The notes under the pieces are model-generated. The model had not been told where the DNA came from and ran no database searches. It saw only the letters and a program-made list of their open reading frames with translations. 64,000 nucleotides of DNA from Eledone cirrhosa (taxonomy: Eukaryota): assembly GCA_964016885.1 (NCBI GenBank), contig OZ024748.1, positions 56,792,001-56,856,000 on the forward strand. Direction: 5' to 3'. Position numbers and translations under genes: made by a program. Position 1 is the first letter of the stretch; each line of letters starts with the position of its first letter. Below, one piece after another: positions 60,798 through 64,000 of the stretch.

Positions 60798-62222
60798 CAT
60801 TCTATTACTGTTTAGGTTTGTTCTGTCCCACTTGAAAATGATTGATTGCAAGAGCGATAGTATTTTACCAAATCAAAGCTTACCATTATTTGTATTTGTT
60901 ATAAGTTATTTACCATTGAATTTTGATATTGTTTTTTGTATGTTGCGTTCAGAAGTTTACTCCTACCACTCCACCACCACCACTACCACCACTAATATCA
61001 CCACCACCACCACCATCACCATAATTCTAGATTGTTTTGATTAATCCGTTCCTGTGGACAGAACGGCACACATTCTTAAGGGCATAGTTATTCACACAAC
61101 ACGGCGAAGTTATATATATATATATGTATATATATATTTATATATATATATATATATAAGTATGTATATATATATTTATATATATATATATATATATAAG
61201 TATATATATATATTTATATATATATATATATATATAAAAACAAATAACGAAACGAAATTAAATTTCGTTTCGTTTGTAACTCACTTTTGTATGACTGACG
61301 CTTAAACAATTAAGTTAAAAGTGTACATCCACATATGTATACTGAAATACTAGTATGCATATAAATACACACACGTATACATATGTACATGTACCGAGTT
61401 TTTCACTGGACACTTTACTGTGAGTGTCCAGCTAGTCTGTATGTAACCAAACAGACAAACCGGGTTTTAGTGTCATACGGGTTTTCAAGGAAACACCTTT
61501 CCTTTATATGTATGAATATATATATATATTTACTTGGGACAGCTTCATGTAAAATTCACTAGATTATATCAAATTATAGTATTTATTGCTAAATTATGAT
61601 ACATATTGGAGAGAGAAAAATCATATGCACTCTACGTTTTTCAGTAAAATGTAAAGTTTAGTTTTAAATTTACATCTCTCTATAGAACTGAAGAGTTTGA
61701 TGCCAAATATTTTGCGTATTCATTGTTCTAGAATATGTAGATATGTCTGTGTTGATATCAACGATGTAAATGTTGGGAACCAGTTGAGAGAGTGAAATTA
61801 TTAGGGGTTCCAAACAGTCAAGAATCTAAACATCAATGCCTATATTCACCGTATGCGTTCCAAAACACAATTGCAGGAACCAGAAATGTTGCAATCTTTT
61901 AAAGAGGAAACATAGAAGATGTTAATCAATTCGAGAATCATAAACTTAATATCATAACGTTAGACATTGAATAACTTCATGTTGCAGTTTGCTACACCAA
62001 CGTCAGATGGGTTCTTTAAATATATATATATGAGGGAATAAACTCTGTGAGTGAACATCGCTAATGTTCTCCCTCATATCAAGGATTTGAAGACAATTCA
62101 TTTTCACCTAACGAGATCAGTGATAATCGATCATGGCTTCACGATCGATCTATCTCTTATTGAAACATATGTCGTGATTAAAATGATTGGAAATTTATAC
62201 CTTGCCTTCGGATCTTCATTTT

Positions 62223-62262
<40 letters not shown>

Positions 62263-62265
<3 letters not shown>

Positions 62266-62408
62266 ATAATAATAAATATTTAGTAATAATAATAAATTTG
62301 AAGACTAAAATCCAAAGAGGGCTCGATAAGTATAAATATATATCAAATATATAAGAAAACTAGGGTGAAAGCAGCGATTCTTTGCTTAAAGTTTAATCTG
62401 TTATTTTG

Positions 62409-62412
<4 letters not shown>
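62263..62412. mobile_element. family B terminus with inverted piece
   Basis: 62281-62357 matches 5727-5801, followed by inverted AGGGTGAAAGCAGCGATTCTTTGC...TGTTATTTT. Confidence 0.75.
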
Positions 62413-62449
<37 letters not shown>

Positions 62450-62727
62450 AGTGTGTGTGTGTGTATACATGTGTGCGCGTATGTGTGTGATGGACTCTCC
62501 TGTCGATTCGACGTATGAAGTTTCAACAATCTTTTCATTTGCTTGTTTTATGTTTTATGTTTCTAGCACTTCGATTCAGCTGCTACTTTACACATCAACC
62601 CGCATTTGGTTCAGGTAACAGGATCGCGAAAAGGGCAGGCTGAAATACCTGGCAGGACTTAGGTGTTAGATCTTATCTCACAGAGGTAGGCTAATTGAGA
62701 TTTCTCAAAGTTCGTTATACCTTCGTG

Positions 62728-62820
<93 letters not shown>

Positions 62821-62905
62821 AAAGTTTTATTTAAAATTGTTGGGTTACAACAAGTAAATATTTTATAACTGATATAAAGCACTCGACAAGTTTTTGGAGT
62901 AGATA

Positions 62906-63240
62906 TACGATATTAAACAAATGGAAACTATATTTATAAAACCATAGTTATTTCATTATACATATTTCAGGGATACCATATTAAAAATATGGCATGTCTT
63001 CGTCAGATAAAATACAATATATAACCAGTTTTATAAATAATTTTGACGTACCATAAATATAGCGACCATTAAGGTCTTAATGGTCGCTATATTTATGGTA
63101 CGTCAAAATTATTTATAAAACAATTTATATATTGTATTTTATCTGACGAAGGCATGCCATATTTTTAATATGGTATCCCTGAAATATGTATAATGAAATA
63201 AATATGGTTTTATAAATATAGTTTCCATTTGTTTAATATC

Positions 63241-63243
<3 letters not shown>
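62906..63243. mobile_element. family C fold-back palindrome, 168-bp arms, 2-nt loop (63074-63075)
   Basis: The arms are reverse complements with about 5 mismatches by eye. There is one HHR per strand. Confidence 0.85.
63135..63200 (+). ncRNA. type I hammerhead ribozyme (family C)
   Basis: Stem I UAUUUUAU/AUGAAAUA. CUGACGA at 63143-63149. 13-bp stem II. GAA then self-complementary AUAUGUAU. AUA triplet ending at 63192. Confidence 0.75.
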
Positions 63244-63302
<59 letters not shown>

Positions 63303-64000
63303 GAATTAGGTTATGTGTTAGTTAATCACCGACACCTCAGTATGCAGGTTAGAACCCTCGACAAAGTACCCAGGTGTGTCAGTTTACTCCGTAGTATATT
63401 TGTAAAATTGAAGTACAAGTCAATAAAAGTCAACAGGTTAACTCCATTTATTCATAATTGCTGCTATATATATATTTCGGTGATAACCGTTATGCAACAG
63501 CTATGACGACATCAGGCAGCTAGAAGTTGAACAGAAAAAAAAACATATAGACAAAATATATCTTACTTCAGTTGTTTAGATTCATTGATATGCTCCGGGC
63601 TTAAATTTGGTGTTGCTTTCTCAAGGCTGCGGTAGCATATCATACCATCAAACGTGAACTAATTGTGTGAAATCTACACCCTTTAAAGAGCCAAAAACTT
63701 ATACCCGACGTACCATGAAATATTTACACTATAATATAAATAAATTAAAGTATGTAATCCAGCCCAATGCAAAAATATCCAAAATATGTTCCCATGCATG
63801 ACAATACCAAAAAATATTCATTATTGACATGGAGGTGACGGATGTCATCAGGCTACAGTCGTCTTATTATTGTGTGTTTTTCTCTGTTTCTTTCTCCCTT
63901 TTTCGCTCTTTTTCGCTCTCTCACCCCTCTTTATATACATATATATATATATGTGTAAAAGAAAAAAATATAAATAACAATACAGTCGGTACAGTATATG

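Noticed and set aside
61406-61436. Helitron 3' end (hairpin plus CTAG)
   Set aside because: CTAG abuts the hairpin without the usual spacing, and no 5' end or second copy was seen.

Overview
AT-rich eukaryotic DNA dominated by (TA)n, (CA)n, (GA)n, (CATA)n and (CAT)n microsatellites. The tRNA-derived SINEs resemble octopod cephalopod SINEs, so the host is probably an octopus-like mollusc (inference). No host protein-coding exon can be supported, and nearly all listed ORFs are translated simple repeats. The recognisable content is mobile DNA: about 8 copies of one tRNA-SINE, CORE-like SINE fragments, a mariner-type MITE seen both empty and with a nested SINE, and decayed R4/Dong-like and RTE LINE 3' ends in (CATA)n. 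The main signal is a set of short elements inserted in (TA)n tracts that carry type I hammerhead ribozyme (HHR) motifs from at least 8 sequence families, typical of Penelope-like retroelement termini. Many are fold-back palindromes. In one five-copy family each copy's two arms share private substitutions, and the fold sits at the predicted stem II, which removes the CUGANGA half of the core.
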